64,000 nucleotides of DNA, taken from contig JASGJH010000001.1 of assembly GCA_047601445.1 (NCBI GenBank), positions 4,032,001 to 4,096,000 on the forward strand. Direction: 5' to 3'. Positions 1 through 9,764 of this stretch are shown here, in pieces. A program made the position numbers and the translations under genes. Origin of the DNA: Myxococcales bacterium (GTDB lineage Bacteria > Myxococcota_A > Polyangia > Polyangiales > DASUME01). The notes under the pieces were generated by a model. That model made no database searches and was not told where the DNA came from. It saw only the letters and a program-made list of their open reading frames with translations. Every line of letters starts with the position of its first letter. Position 1 is the first letter of the stretch.

Positions 1-17
1 CGAGGTGCGAATCGCGC

Positions 18-872
18 TCATGTCCCCCCCAATGCCGCCGCAGCGGCCGCTGCTCTCGCCGCTGCAGCGCGGTCGCGGATGCACGCCAGATCCGGGTGAT
101 CGGCGCGCTTGTAGCGAACCTCGTGGCGTTCCAACTGGGCGAGCATGCTGCGGAAGTCTGCGTCGTCTTCCGCCGCGATGCCCTTGCGCACGGAAATCGA
201 CACGAAGGCCCGCAGGTGATTGCGCAGCACTTCCGCAGGAATGGCATCGCCCTGCGCACTGCAGAACAGGTCGAGGTAGCGCACCGGCGCCACCCCTTCG
301 CGCAGGGCCGGCTGCACGTAGTCGAAATCGAGCGGGCGAAACCCGCGGCCGCGCCAGTACTCGTAGCGCAAGTACGGGTTGGCCGACGTGGCCGTGTCGG
401 CTGCGATATCGGCTGCGCTCATGCGCAGCGGATTGTTGACCTCGAAGAAAAGGAGCGGCGGACCACTGGGCCCCGGGTCCAGCCCAAACGTCTTCAAGGC
501 GGTGTCCTCGAAGTAGCGCTTGAACTCCTCAATGGCGCGGCGACCGCGCACGTCCTTGCGGAGGAAGGTGTAGATGCACTGGGCGCTCGCTTGATAGCCG
601 TGCGCGACGTGGGCGGCGCTGGTGGTGACGCCAAAGATGTGACCCCCGACGATCGGCCCACCTTCAGAGGGATGCAGCCCCACGACGTACTCGCGCCAGG
701 GCCCGAGCTGCGCCTGCAGCGGCGCGTTTTCGTTGAGCCCCATGATTTCGTAGAACGCTTCGATGGGCTCGCGCTCTTCGGGCAGGGGAAAGAGCTCCTC
801 ATAGAGCCGGTAGAGAGCATCCAGCGTGACCTTGCGTTCGAGCGTGATTTCGTCCGGGTAGAACGCCTGCAT
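18..872 (-). CDS. GNAT-fold-like hypothetical protein (putative acetyltransferase)
   Basis: Start moved to the ATG at 872 (GAGGA RBS). Motifs LFPLPEEREP, YTFLRKDVRGR, FFEV and GFRPLDFDYVQPAL resemble divergent GNATs. The stop overlaps an ATG at 21 (ATGA), so the operon continues off the window. Confidence 0.6.
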   Translation of the reverse strand: MQAFYPDEITLERKVTLDALYRLYEELFPLPEEREPIEAFYEIMGLNENAPLQAQLGPWREYVVGLHPSEGGPIVGGHIFGVTTSAAHVAHGYQASAQCIYTFLRKDVRGRRAIEEFKRYFEDTALKTFGLDPGPSGPPLLFFEVNNPLRMSAADIAADTATSANPYLRYEYWRGRGFRPLDFDYVQPALREGVAPVRYLDLFCSAQGDAIPAEVLRNHLRAFVSISVRKGIAAEDDADFRSMLAQLERHEVRYKRADHPDLACIRDRAAAARAAAAAAALGGT

Positions 873-1729
873 TGGTGAATTCCTCGAGTGCCACTGGCCG
901 GCGCGCTCGCGCCACGGCGAGCGGCCTCCCAACGGCGATATGCGTTGCGACACCTCGACTGAGAACGACAGCAGTACGATCCAAGGCAAACGAAGCGGTT
1001 CGCCACGCAAGCTGAACTCAGCTCGAGCGGAGCAGAACCACGACGAGTGCCGTTCCTGAACATGTACGTGAGCAGCGCTGGTTAGGCCAACGAAAAGCAG
1101 TTTCATCAGCGAGAATGAAGGCGCGCGAGTCTGCTTGAACGGTATGAATGCGCATCTGACGGTCTGCTTCGTCTTTTCACGAGCATCACTCGGGTCTGCG
1201 AGCCCAGAAATGACCATGGAGTGAAGGACGACGTCCATGAGTCCAGTGATTCGTCAGGCGAGGTTCGCGCTTCGATCTCGGTGAGAGCTCAGGGGGCGCA
1301 CGCGAACTTCCCGCACCGAGCTCGCGCGAAGCAGTCGAGCTCGCGTTCCGACGGGTCGACCTCCGAGCGCTCCACCCTCCTCCCTACGACCACCTCACGG
1401 GTCGCCCCGCTCGAGCCGCGCCGCGAGGGTGTGAGCGTGAGCGACGGTGGCCCACCTAGGCCTCCAAGCACCCGGCTGCGCCTGAACGCTGGCGTACTCT
1501 TTGTTTCCGCGCTCGTGTAACGTTGGGAGCCCCGAGTTGTGGGACTCCGGTCTCCCATTAGCGAGGAATCTCTGAATGGCCGAATTAAATCAGCCCCCCC
1601 GCCGATTTGGAAGCGCCCGCGAGCCCCGTCGAAGCTCCGCCCAGCGCACGCCAGTCCGGGGTCGTCCAGCGCGATGGGGAGGAAGAGCCCAGGCCGCGAA
1701 CCAGCGTGCGGCCCTCCCGTTGGCCTACC

Positions 1730-3634
1730 ATGGCGGCGGATCCCCACACGCCGGTCCACAGCCATGCGTCGTTCGCCGCCCTCACCCTGACCGCCATCGG
1801 CGTGGTCTACGGCGACATCGGCACGAGCCCTCTCTACGCGCTCAAGGAGTGCCTCTCTCCGCACTACGGGCTGTCGGCCTCGCGCGACAACGTGATGGGC
1901 TTGTTGTCGCTGATGACGTGGGCCCTGACGCTCGTCGTCACGGTCAAGTACCTGGTCTTCATCACGCGTGCGACCAACCGCGGCGAAGGCGGCATCCTGG
2001 CCCTGCTCGCGCTGGTGCCCGAGCGCCTGCGTATCGCGAAGCCCGGCCGCATCAAGCCGATCACGGTCCTCGTGATCTTCGGCGCGGCCCTGCTTTACGG
2101 CGACGGCATGATCACGCCGGCCATCTCCGTGCTCTCCGCGGTCGAAGGTCTGGGCCTGGCCACGCAGGCCTTCGAGCCCTGGGTGGTGCCTCTCTCGTGC
2201 CTCATCCTGCTCGGGTTGTTCGCGATGCAGCGTTTCGGCACCGCGCGCGTGGGCGTGCTGTTCGGTCCGGTGATGGTGGTGTGGTTCGTGGTGCTGGGCC
2301 TCCTGGGCATTTGGCACATCGGGCACAACCCCTCGGTGCTGTTGGCGCTCTCGCCGCACTACGCGGTGATGTTCATGCTGGAGCACGGCTTCGTGGGCTT
2401 TGCCGTGCTGGGCTCCGTGGTCCTGTGCGTCACCGGCGGCGAGGCGCTCTATGCCGATATGGGTCACTTCGGTATCAAGCCCATCCAGCATGCCTGGTAT
2501 CGCTTGGTGATGCCGTCCTTGCTGCTCGGCTACTTCGGACAAGGGGCCAACGTGATGTTGCACCCCGAGGCGGCCGCCAATCCCTTCTACGAGATGGTCC
2601 CTGCCGGAGCACCGATGCTGGCGCTGGTGTGTCTGGCCACGGTGGCCGCGGTAATCGCCTCGCAGGCGCTGATCTCTGGGGCCTACTCATTGACCAACCA
2701 GGCCGTGCAGCTCGGCTTGTTCCCACGAATCACCATTCGCCACACGTCGTTTCAGACCGAGGGACAGATCTATCTGCCCGAGATCAACTGGGCGCTCGCC
2801 GTCTCGTGCATCGCGCTCGTGCTTCAGTTCAAGACGTCGGCGGGGCTGGCGGCTGCCTACGGCATCGCGGTCTGCGGCACGATGGCCATCACGTCGGTGC
2901 TGTTCGTGCTGGTGGCGCGCGACCGCTGGAGCTGGCCCATCTCCACCTGCCTGAGCATCCTGGCCCTGTTCCTGATCTTGGACCTGACCTTCCTGGGCTC
3001 CAACCTGCTCAAGTTCGCCCACGGCGGGTCCGTGCCCGTGTTCATCGCCGTCGGCATCTCGCTACTGATGATCGCGTGGCCCGTCGGACGCGGGAACCTC
3101 AGCGAGTACTATCGCAAGCGTTCGCAGAGCTGGGAGGCGTTCAATGAGCGGCTCAGGGCCGAGCGCATCATGCGCCCCGAGGCCGTGGGCATCTTCATGG
3201 CTTCCGACGCCAACGGCGTGCCCGTGATGATGTTGCACCAGGCCGAACGCATCCGCGCGGTGCCCGCCCACGCCATTCTCATGACCGTGCGCATCGAGCA
3301 CGTGCCCGTGGTCCCGAACGAGAAACGCCTGGTGGAGGTGACCGACCTAGGCAACGGCTTCTACCGCGTGATCGCCAGCTATGGCTTCATGCAGATCCCG
3401 GAAGTGCCGCCCGTGATCGACGAGGTCAGCCGGCAGCTGGTCCTGCGCACCACGCCGCGCGAGGTCACGTACTACCTGGGCCGTGAGAGCCTGGTCTCGG
3501 GTACGCGGGGCACGATGAACAAGCTGCTCCAGCCCATCTTCCGCGTGCTGGTGCGCAACGCGCTGCCGGCCACGGCCTACTTCCGCTTGCCCGCCGAGCA
3601 GGTGGTGGAGCTGGGGTTGCAGATCGATCTGTAA
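1730..3634 (+). CDS. kup: KUP/HAK/KT potassium uptake transporter
   Basis: GVVYGDIGTSPLY, GEGGILAL, YGDGMITPAISVLSAVEGL, GGEALYADMGHFG and GQIYLPEINW motifs; many TM helices. Confidence 0.97.
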   Translation: MAADPHTPVHSHASFAALTLTAIGVVYGDIGTSPLYALKECLSPHYGLSASRDNVMGLLSLMTWALTLVVTVKYLVFITRATNRGEGGILALLALVPERLRIAKPGRIKPITVLVIFGAALLYGDGMITPAISVLSAVEGLGLATQAFEPWVVPLSCLILLGLFAMQRFGTARVGVLFGPVMVVWFVVLGLLGIWHIGHNPSVLLALSPHYAVMFMLEHGFVGFAVLGSVVLCVTGGEALYADMGHFGIKPIQHAWYRLVMPSLLLGYFGQGANVMLHPEAAANPFYEMVPAGAPMLALVCLATVAAVIASQALISGAYSLTNQAVQLGLFPRITIRHTSFQTEGQIYLPEINWALAVSCIALVLQFKTSAGLAAAYGIAVCGTMAITSVLFVLVARDRWSWPISTCLSILALFLILDLTFLGSNLLKFAHGGSVPVFIAVGISLLMIAWPVGRGNLSEYYRKRSQSWEAFNERLRAERIMRPEAVGIFMASDANGVPVMMLHQAERIRAVPAHAILMTVRIEHVPVVPNEKRLVEVTDLGNGFYRVIASYGFMQIPEVPPVIDEVSRQLVLRTTPREVTYYLGRESLVSGTRGTMNKLLQPIFRVLVRNALPATAYFRLPAEQVVELGLQIDL

Positions 3635-3665
3635 GGGCCTCGAACCGCCGCTATATTCCCGGGCG

Positions 3666-4184
3666 ATGCTCGACGAAGCCATCACCATCGTGCCCTACGA
3701 TCCACGCTGGCCCGACATGGCCGACGCAGAGATCGAGCGCCTGCGTGGAGAGCTGGATCCGCTGGTGGTCGCCTACGAGCACTTCGGCTCTACATCCGTC
3801 CCCGGTTGCGACGCCAAGCCGATCATCGACGTCCTGGTTGGATCCGAGAGCTGGCCCGTGCCTGTCGAGCTCAGGCTCGGCCTGGTCGGGCTGGGCTACG
3901 ACGATTTCGCTGAAGCAGGGGTGCCGGGCAGGCTCTACTTTCGAGCTCGGCGGCCCGCAACCTTCGACGTGAACCTGGCAGTAGCTCTATTTGGCGGAGT
4001 GCTCTGGCAGACGAACCTTCGCGTGCGCAATCGGCTCCGTCGGGATCCAGCACTCGTCGCGCGCTACGTGCGCGAGAAGCGCGAGGCACTGAGCTCCGGC
4101 GCCGACACGCTGCTCGCCTACTCCGCCCAAAAGTCGGCCTTCATGCAAGAACTCGTGCGGCTTTCGACCTACGACGAGCTTTGA
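3666..4184 (+). CDS. GrpB/UPF0157 family nucleotidyltransferase-like protein
   Basis: IVPYDPRW, EHFGSTSVPG..AKPIIDV, Y..EK and Y...KS.F motifs. Confidence 0.9.
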   Translation: MLDEAITIVPYDPRWPDMADAEIERLRGELDPLVVAYEHFGSTSVPGCDAKPIIDVLVGSESWPVPVELRLGLVGLGYDDFAEAGVPGRLYFRARRPATFDVNLAVALFGGVLWQTNLRVRNRLRRDPALVARYVREKREALSSGADTLLAYSAQKSAFMQELVRLSTYDEL

Positions 4185-4223
4185 ACCCGTGAGGGGGAGC
4201 AGCACTGGCACAACGCGTCCATT

Positions 4224-4494
4224 ATGATAGACGCGACAAGATGGACACCGCGCGCGCGCCGCTTCGATCTGGAAGATGTGCTTTCCTGCGTGGCCACGCG
4301 GGGACTCTTGGTCGTGTCTTCCGACGCCGACCCCTTGACGGCCGATGCTGCTGCTCTGGTCGACCGAGCGTCGGTCGCCTACCGCGCGAGCGGAGCGTCA
4401 TCGCCTGCGACATCTGCATGCCGGAACGGGCCACCCGCTCGACGAGCGGCGATTCGAGTCCATCATCGCCTGGGTACGGCAACAGCGCGTGTGA
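4224..4494 (+). pseudogene. 3' remnant of an alpha/beta-hydrolase (dienelactone hydrolase/esterase-like), frameshifted
   Basis: Frame 1 reads FDLEDVLSCVATRGLLVVSSDADP..AYRASGAS. The +1 frame from 4402 reads RLRHLHAGTGHPLDERRFESIIAWVRQQRV* (His-loop-like end). No N-terminal half is present. Confidence 0.55.
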
Positions 4495-4559
4495 TCACGA
4501 GCGAGTAACGTTGTCCTCGCGCGCGCTTGCCTTCGCGACGGCGCCTTGCGCGGGCTAGC

Positions 4560-5057
4560 TCAGAGCAAGATGGGCGGCGCGCAGCCGAAGGCGATGCCGA
4601 TTTTTCCGCCGGCTTTCACCTTGGTGCAGGCCGTGGGGCAGAATTCGACGTGGGTGGGTGCGTCGTTGTTGTCGAAGTACCAGCCAATCTTGTCGCCGCA
4701 GGCGCTCATGTCCTTCGCCTTGGGGAAGCTCTCCTTCGTCTTGGAATCAGGCGCAGTGAAGCCCACGTCGACCAAGTCGGGATCGAGCTCCATGCCACCG
4801 GGCGGTGGAGGCACCTCGAAGTCGCAGGGCAGCGGCGCCGACGCGATGACGGCTGACTCGAGCTTCTTGAACAGACCGCTCCAGTCGGAGGTGCAGATGG
4901 GGAGCTTCTGCCCCATGGTCTGGTCGGCCAGCGTCAGATAGGTGGTGCCCACGCTGCTGCCGTTGCAGCCATTCTTTCCGTCGGCCACCACGGCGTGGAA
5001 GTAGAAGGAGTGGCCGAGCTTGGCCTCCATCTGGGTCTTGAAGTCCGCGCCGCTCAT
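4560..5057 (-). CDS. C-terminal part of a myxobacterial vWA-domain exported protein (stand-alone or remnant)
   Basis: Y..LA..T.G....IC..DW, PCDFEVPPPP...LDP..V.V and GWYFDNNDAPT..EFCPTAC are typical of vWA lipoprotein tails. There is no signal peptide or MIDAS motif. GGAGG RBS precedes the ATG at 5057. Confidence 0.6.
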   Translation of the reverse strand: MSGADFKTQMEAKLGHSFYFHAVVADGKNGCNGSSVGTTYLTLADQTMGQKLPICTSDWSGLFKKLESAVIASAPLPCDFEVPPPPGGMELDPDLVDVGFTAPDSKTKESFPKAKDMSACGDKIGWYFDNNDAPTHVEFCPTACTKVKAGGKIGIAFGCAPPILL

Positions 5058-5701
5058 GCCGTGAGCCCCTCCCTGGCTGGACTCCCCCAACTTGACCGGA
5101 GTGCCCGCAGCAGTAACCGCGTGTACCGGCACACGTAAGGCGGCCCACGTCGTGAGCTGCCAGGACCATCCCCTGGTATCACGCTAGCTCGATGGCTTTG
5201 GGAAGGCCCATCCGGGCCCGAGCCCGGTAAGCCGGACGGCTAGCATCCCCTCAGCGCTCCATGGCGGGCGGCGGCACGATGCTGGAGCCGTCCACTCATC
5301 GCCCGCGCTCGATGATGCCGACCTCGTCCACCAGCGGCTGCAAGCCGATGCGATGGATGCCAGGCGCGCTCGCACTTGAGCCTCGCAAGCGCGACGAGCG
5401 AGTCGCTGCAGGTCCGCTCGCCGCCCCACTCTCTTGCCCGGGGTGATCGGCCCTGCGAACGCTTGGCGATGCTCGAAGTCGCAAGGCGTGCGCATGCGAA
5501 GCGTCGCTCGGGCGACAAAATTACTATGCCTTTTATCTGGCTTTTTGAGGCCTGACTACCAGACACTCCAAAGAAGACTGAGTGGTGCTGCCTCGAGTGC
5601 TGCGCTTCGCAGCGCGGTCAAGCACCACGCCTGAAGCAGTAAGTCATCCGACTCCTCTTGGAAGGCGGCGTGGTCCAGTACACGCCGAGCAGCGTGGATT
5701 G

Positions 5702-8347
5702 ATGGATCGGCCAGGAATCGGACGTTGCGTCGTCGTAGTCGTGGTCTCGTTGCTGATGAACGGCTGTGGGCAGGCCCGGCAGGACCACGTGGACACGGAT
5801 CCGGAATCGTCGCGAGCCCCGGAAGGCAAGCTGGGCAAGTCGACGCCTTCGGTGGCCGAACGGCCCTCTCGAGGTCCTGTCATCCCGCCCGCTACTTCCG
5901 TGGAAGGCGAGTTGAGGAGTCTGCGTCCCGAACCAAGCAGGGCATCGAGGGCGAGTCCGGTCCCGGAGATCGACGACTGGACAACGCCACCCCCCGAAGG
6001 GGCCGCGCCAAGCACGGCATCGCGAGCGAGTCCGGCTCCGGACGTTGACGACGCGAGAACACCAATCCCCGAGGCTGCTGCGCCGAAGTCTTCGAGAAGA
6101 TTGCATACGCGGCGCAGGGGCCCTGACTCGGGAAGCGCCGCGTCTCCGCAGGTTGCGGCCACCGAATCCAGCGCCCCGGAGGATTCTTCAGGTCGCGGTC
6201 GGGTCTACCGTTCGGCTGAAAGCCTCGACCCCTGGGACAGCCCGGGTCGCAGCCACCGCTCCGGCGGCATCGACGTGGATGACTTCGGGCCCGACGAGGG
6301 TTCGGCCGTGGGAGTCGTCGGCGAGGCCCTGCGCGAACCCGCCCCAACATCGGCGCTTCCTCATCTCGAGCCGACGCGGCCAAGGGCGACGCTCCCGGAA
6401 AGCGATGCCCGTGCGGCCGCCCGCGTTTCGCTCTCGCGTGCGCTGGAAACAGAAGCGCGCGGGCCCGGTCGCGAATCGGGCCGATCCTACGAGCCCGCAG
6501 CGGAGGTCGCCCATTCTCCCGCGAGCGCGATCCGAAGCGAGGAGCCGCGCGTAGCCGCCCCTCGTCCAGCGCTCGTGGCTCCAACTGCTTCTGGACTCTC
6601 CCCCGCGACACTCGCAGAAGCGGTGGCCCCGCCTGCCATGGTCGGAGTGTCTCCGGTGGGCCCTGTGCGCCCAGCCTTCTGGAATGCTTGGTGGAGTCCT
6701 GCCGATGAAGACGATGGAGACCCGTTGAGCTGCGTCGATGCCAACACGCGGGTGCAACTGAACCTCAACCTGGCGTCGCACTTTCGCTCGAAAGTCTCAC
6801 CCGGTCGGGCCGCCGGTGGAAAGCTGCAGACTGCGCTGGAAGAAGCGGCCGCACGCGGAAGCCGGCGCGTTCGCCTGCAGGTCGTGCCCATCTCGAACGA
6901 GCGTTACCTGCGCGTGCTGGACGATACTCGGACCATGACGATCGACCTGGATTCGATGCGAGAGAGCGCGGGCCCACTGGGCGGCGCCTACACCGAGTTC
7001 AGCCGAGTCACCTTTCGGACCGACGTGATCGCGGCGGGCAAGACCGAGGTGGGCTTCTCCATTTGGCACGACGGCAAGCCTATCGACGAGGTTCACGCCT
7101 ACGTGACGGTGCGAAAGAAGACCACGGAGACCTGTCCGCCCATCGCACTCGACCAACGTGCGCACACGCTCGATGAACTGGCCAGCGCCGGCGCAGCCCG
7201 GGCCTCCATCCATTTGGTACAGCTCGACGATCAAAGCTCGATGGGCGTATTCCGCCAAGCGGACTGGCCGACCACCAAGTTCATCACGTGGCAACTCCAG
7301 GACAACGTCTCGTTCGCCAAGTACGTCGAAGGCACCATCGCCGATGCCCTGAGCAGTGCCCTCAAGCAGGAGGGCGAAGCCGAGCTCAAAAGCGTCGGCG
7401 AAGACCTCAAGCTGGCGCTCTTTGGCAGCAACCAGGAGATCCGCGACGCCTTCGAGGCGCTCGTCGCCGCGCAGGGCGCGTCAAAAAAAGCGGAAGTCCT
7501 CTACGTACGTTCGGTGTTGAAGCACGAAGGGCCCGATTGGCTCCCGCTTGGCTTCATTCCAGTCGACAATGAAGCAGCCTTCCTCGGATTCTTGTTCCGA
7601 ATCGAGATGCCGCTTCGGGGGCAGTCGAATGAGCTGCCTGCCAGCTGCCTCTCGCGCTGGGTCTTGGCGTACCCCAGCACCGACGGCGACGGTGCTTCCT
7701 CCAAGGCCTGGGATGTCATCAAGGAGGTTGTCCCCTGGAAAGGGTTGGCCTCGACCTTCTCGAACGTGGGCGCCGTGCGTGACTGGCTGCGCGACAACAA
7801 GGCGGAGCCCGAGAACGTCGTGGTCACCCTGCTCGGACACCACAAGCCTGGCATGTTCTCCTATCGAGACGACGGCAGCCGTTTCGTACTTGCGTCCAGC
7901 GTTCAGCGCGAACTCGGCCCCTCTTCGGTCGTCATCTTGAACGGCTGCAGCACGGGCACTGTGCGAAGTGATTTCGTCACTCGCTTCGCGAGCCATGGCG
8001 CGTCCGCGGCTATCGTGACCGCCAACGAAGTGTCGCCCCACCTCGCGGGCACGTTCTTGCGGTGCCTCGCCGAGGCCACCGCCGCACAGCCAGGTGCGAC
8101 CCTCCTCAATTTGCAGTTCGCTGCGGCCTCCTGCGTTAGCAAGGCCGACATTCCCTTCGCCGGCCGCAAGTATGGCGCGCGAGCGCTGACCTTCTCGTTG
8201 CTCGGCAATGGCTCGATTCCTCTTTGTCTACCCGAGGCTCCCCGTGAAACGCACTCTTCTGTTGGCTCTGACACTCTGGCTCCCTCTCCTGTCTTCCAAG
8301 ATTCGAGCGCAGGACCCACCTCCAGCGCGGCCGATCATCGCCATTAG
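5702..8347 (+). CDS. Lipoprotein with long disordered N-region and C-terminal CHAT (caspase-like) domain
   Basis: Signal VVVVVVSLLMNG-C, then a Pro/Ser/Ala-rich linker. Catalytic-type motifs LLGHH and VILNGCSTG are followed by F...GASAAI and FSLLGN. Confidence 0.72.
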   Translation: MDRPGIGRCVVVVVVSLLMNGCGQARQDHVDTDPESSRAPEGKLGKSTPSVAERPSRGPVIPPATSVEGELRSLRPEPSRASRASPVPEIDDWTTPPPEGAAPSTASRASPAPDVDDARTPIPEAAAPKSSRRLHTRRRGPDSGSAASPQVAATESSAPEDSSGRGRVYRSAESLDPWDSPGRSHRSGGIDVDDFGPDEGSAVGVVGEALREPAPTSALPHLEPTRPRATLPESDARAAARVSLSRALETEARGPGRESGRSYEPAAEVAHSPASAIRSEEPRVAAPRPALVAPTASGLSPATLAEAVAPPAMVGVSPVGPVRPAFWNAWWSPADEDDGDPLSCVDANTRVQLNLNLASHFRSKVSPGRAAGGKLQTALEEAAARGSRRVRLQVVPISNERYLRVLDDTRTMTIDLDSMRESAGPLGGAYTEFSRVTFRTDVIAAGKTEVGFSIWHDGKPIDEVHAYVTVRKKTTETCPPIALDQRAHTLDELASAGAARASIHLVQLDDQSSMGVFRQADWPTTKFITWQLQDNVSFAKYVEGTIADALSSALKQEGEAELKSVGEDLKLALFGSNQEIRDAFEALVAAQGASKKAEVLYVRSVLKHEGPDWLPLGFIPVDNEAAFLGFLFRIEMPLRGQSNELPASCLSRWVLAYPSTDGDGASSKAWDVIKEVVPWKGLASTFSNVGAVRDWLRDNKAEPENVVVTLLGHHKPGMFSYRDDGSRFVLASSVQRELGPSSVVILNGCSTGTVRSDFVTRFASHGASAAIVTANEVSPHLAGTFLRCLAEATAAQPGATLLNLQFAAASCVSKADIPFAGRKYGARALTFSLLGNGSIPLCLPEAPRETHSSVGSDTLAPSPVFQDSSAGPTSSAADHRH
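5936..6085 (+). repeat. Two in-frame tandem 75-bp (25-aa) repeats
   Basis: SRASRASPVPEIDDWTTPPPEGAAP (5936-6010) and STASRASPAPDVDDARTPIPEAAAP (6011-6085). Confidence 0.85.
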
Positions 8348-9707
8348 CGATACTCACTTCGGGGTCGGCAAGCGCGGCAGCAAGTGGCTGCCCTACGAGG
8401 ACTTCCGTTGGAACGCCGACCTGGTTGCGTTCCTCGGCTACTTGACCAAGCGCTATCCTGGAGGCGCACAGGTCCTCCTCAACGGCGACACCTTCGAGCT
8501 CTGGCAGTTCGACAGTAGCCTCGCACCCGAGGGCGACTGCCCGGCGCTCCCCAATGCTCGACTCGGCTGCACCGAGGCCCAGGCTCTCGCCCGCTTGACG
8601 TATATTCTCAAGCAGCACGCGGACGACCTCAAGGCGCTGAACGACTTCGCGACAGCTCCCAACAACAGCGTCACGATCATCCCCGGCAACCATGATGGCG
8701 CGCTGCTTTTCCCGTCACTACGCGCAGCCGTGATGGCTGCCTATCCGAAGCTGCTGGTCTCGGACAAGGGACACTGGCTCAGCTCGGATGGTCGCGTCCT
8801 GGTGGAACACGGACACCAGATCGGAGCCGACGTCAATGCGTTCGCCAAATGGCCGCAGCCGTTCATCGAGCTCGACTCGAAGAAGTATCTGGAGCGCACT
8901 GGCGGCGAGCTGTTCGTGAACAGCTTCTACAACCCCATCGAGAAAGACTACCCGACCATCGACAACATCACCGACGAAGGCGCGGCCGTCTCGTACGCAC
9001 GTGAGCGTGTCGGTGCGCACGGCATGTTCGACGCCGTCGGCCAGTTCCTGCGCACACTCTTCATCGACGCAGCCTGGCCACAGACCGCGCGCTGGATGAG
9101 CATCGCCCCGGGCGGTCCCAAGTGGGACCTCGACGAGACCCGCAAGGGCGGCGACGAGCTGCTGCGCAATCTGATCCCCGGTCGTCCTTCGCCCGATCTC
9201 CTCGAAGCCTCCGGCTTGACCATGGCCGGGCTGACCGCACCGGAACTCACCAACCTCTGCGACCGCGCGGAGGCCTATCGCGCGGCGGTCGCCGACTCCG
9301 TCGCGGCCTGCGTGCCGCCGATGGGACAAGCGCTGGAAAAGCTCAAGAACAAGTACGCGGTGCTGGTCAAGCACCTGCAGCAACGTGCGCAAGAATACCC
9401 GGGGTTCATGACGTTCGTGTACAGCCACACGCACGCCGCGGAGGCCGAGTTCAAGCCAGTCGATGCGGAGTGGAACCCGTCCGTGATCAACACGGGCGCC
9501 TTTCAGCGGGTGATTTCACCCGAAGAGATCGAGGCGCGCATCAAGAGCGGGGCGCTCAAGCGAGCCGACGTGATCACGCTGAAGCACGACCAATTGCCCC
9601 GTTGCTACACGTTCGTGGAGATCGCCAGCACGAAGGACTCCCCGAAACTTTCGCGCTTCAACTACGTGACGGACAAGTGGGTGGCCGAACAAGGGGCTTG
9701 CAAGTAG
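8244..9707 (+). CDS. Exported calcineurin-like metallophosphoesterase
   Basis: GTG start with GAGG RBS and signal peptide KRTLLLALTLWLPLL. All metal motifs are present: ISDTH, LNGDTFE, PGNHD, EHGH, SHTH, plus NTG. Confidence 0.88.
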   Translation: MKRTLLLALTLWLPLLSSKIRAQDPPPARPIIAISDTHFGVGKRGSKWLPYEDFRWNADLVAFLGYLTKRYPGGAQVLLNGDTFELWQFDSSLAPEGDCPALPNARLGCTEAQALARLTYILKQHADDLKALNDFATAPNNSVTIIPGNHDGALLFPSLRAAVMAAYPKLLVSDKGHWLSSDGRVLVEHGHQIGADVNAFAKWPQPFIELDSKKYLERTGGELFVNSFYNPIEKDYPTIDNITDEGAAVSYARERVGAHGMFDAVGQFLRTLFIDAAWPQTARWMSIAPGGPKWDLDETRKGGDELLRNLIPGRPSPDLLEASGLTMAGLTAPELTNLCDRAEAYRAAVADSVAACVPPMGQALEKLKNKYAVLVKHLQQRAQEYPGFMTFVYSHTHAAEAEFKPVDAEWNPSVINTGAFQRVISPEEIEARIKSGALKRADVITLKHDQLPRCYTFVEIASTKDSPKLSRFNYVTDKWVAEQGACK

Positions 9708-9764
9708 GACGACGAGTTTCGCGCGCGCCGAGTGCTTGCGGCTGCGGGGTCCAACTTCGAGCCC

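Noticed and set aside
1290..1729. c-di-AMP (ydaO) riboswitch upstream of kup
   Set aside because: Expected from the context, but I could not find the conserved GCTGAATCC / GGGGTGAAT / CCCGTCAGCTAAC segments in order.
5184..5566. Short ORFs between the vWA fragment and the CHAT gene
   Set aside because: No recognisable motifs or consistent codon bias.
8208..8250. CHAT-phosphoesterase fusion by deleting a T at GATTC (8215)
   Set aside because: The phosphoesterase has its own RBS and signal peptide, LLGNGSIPLC looks like a natural CHAT end, and the context is not GATTCTG.
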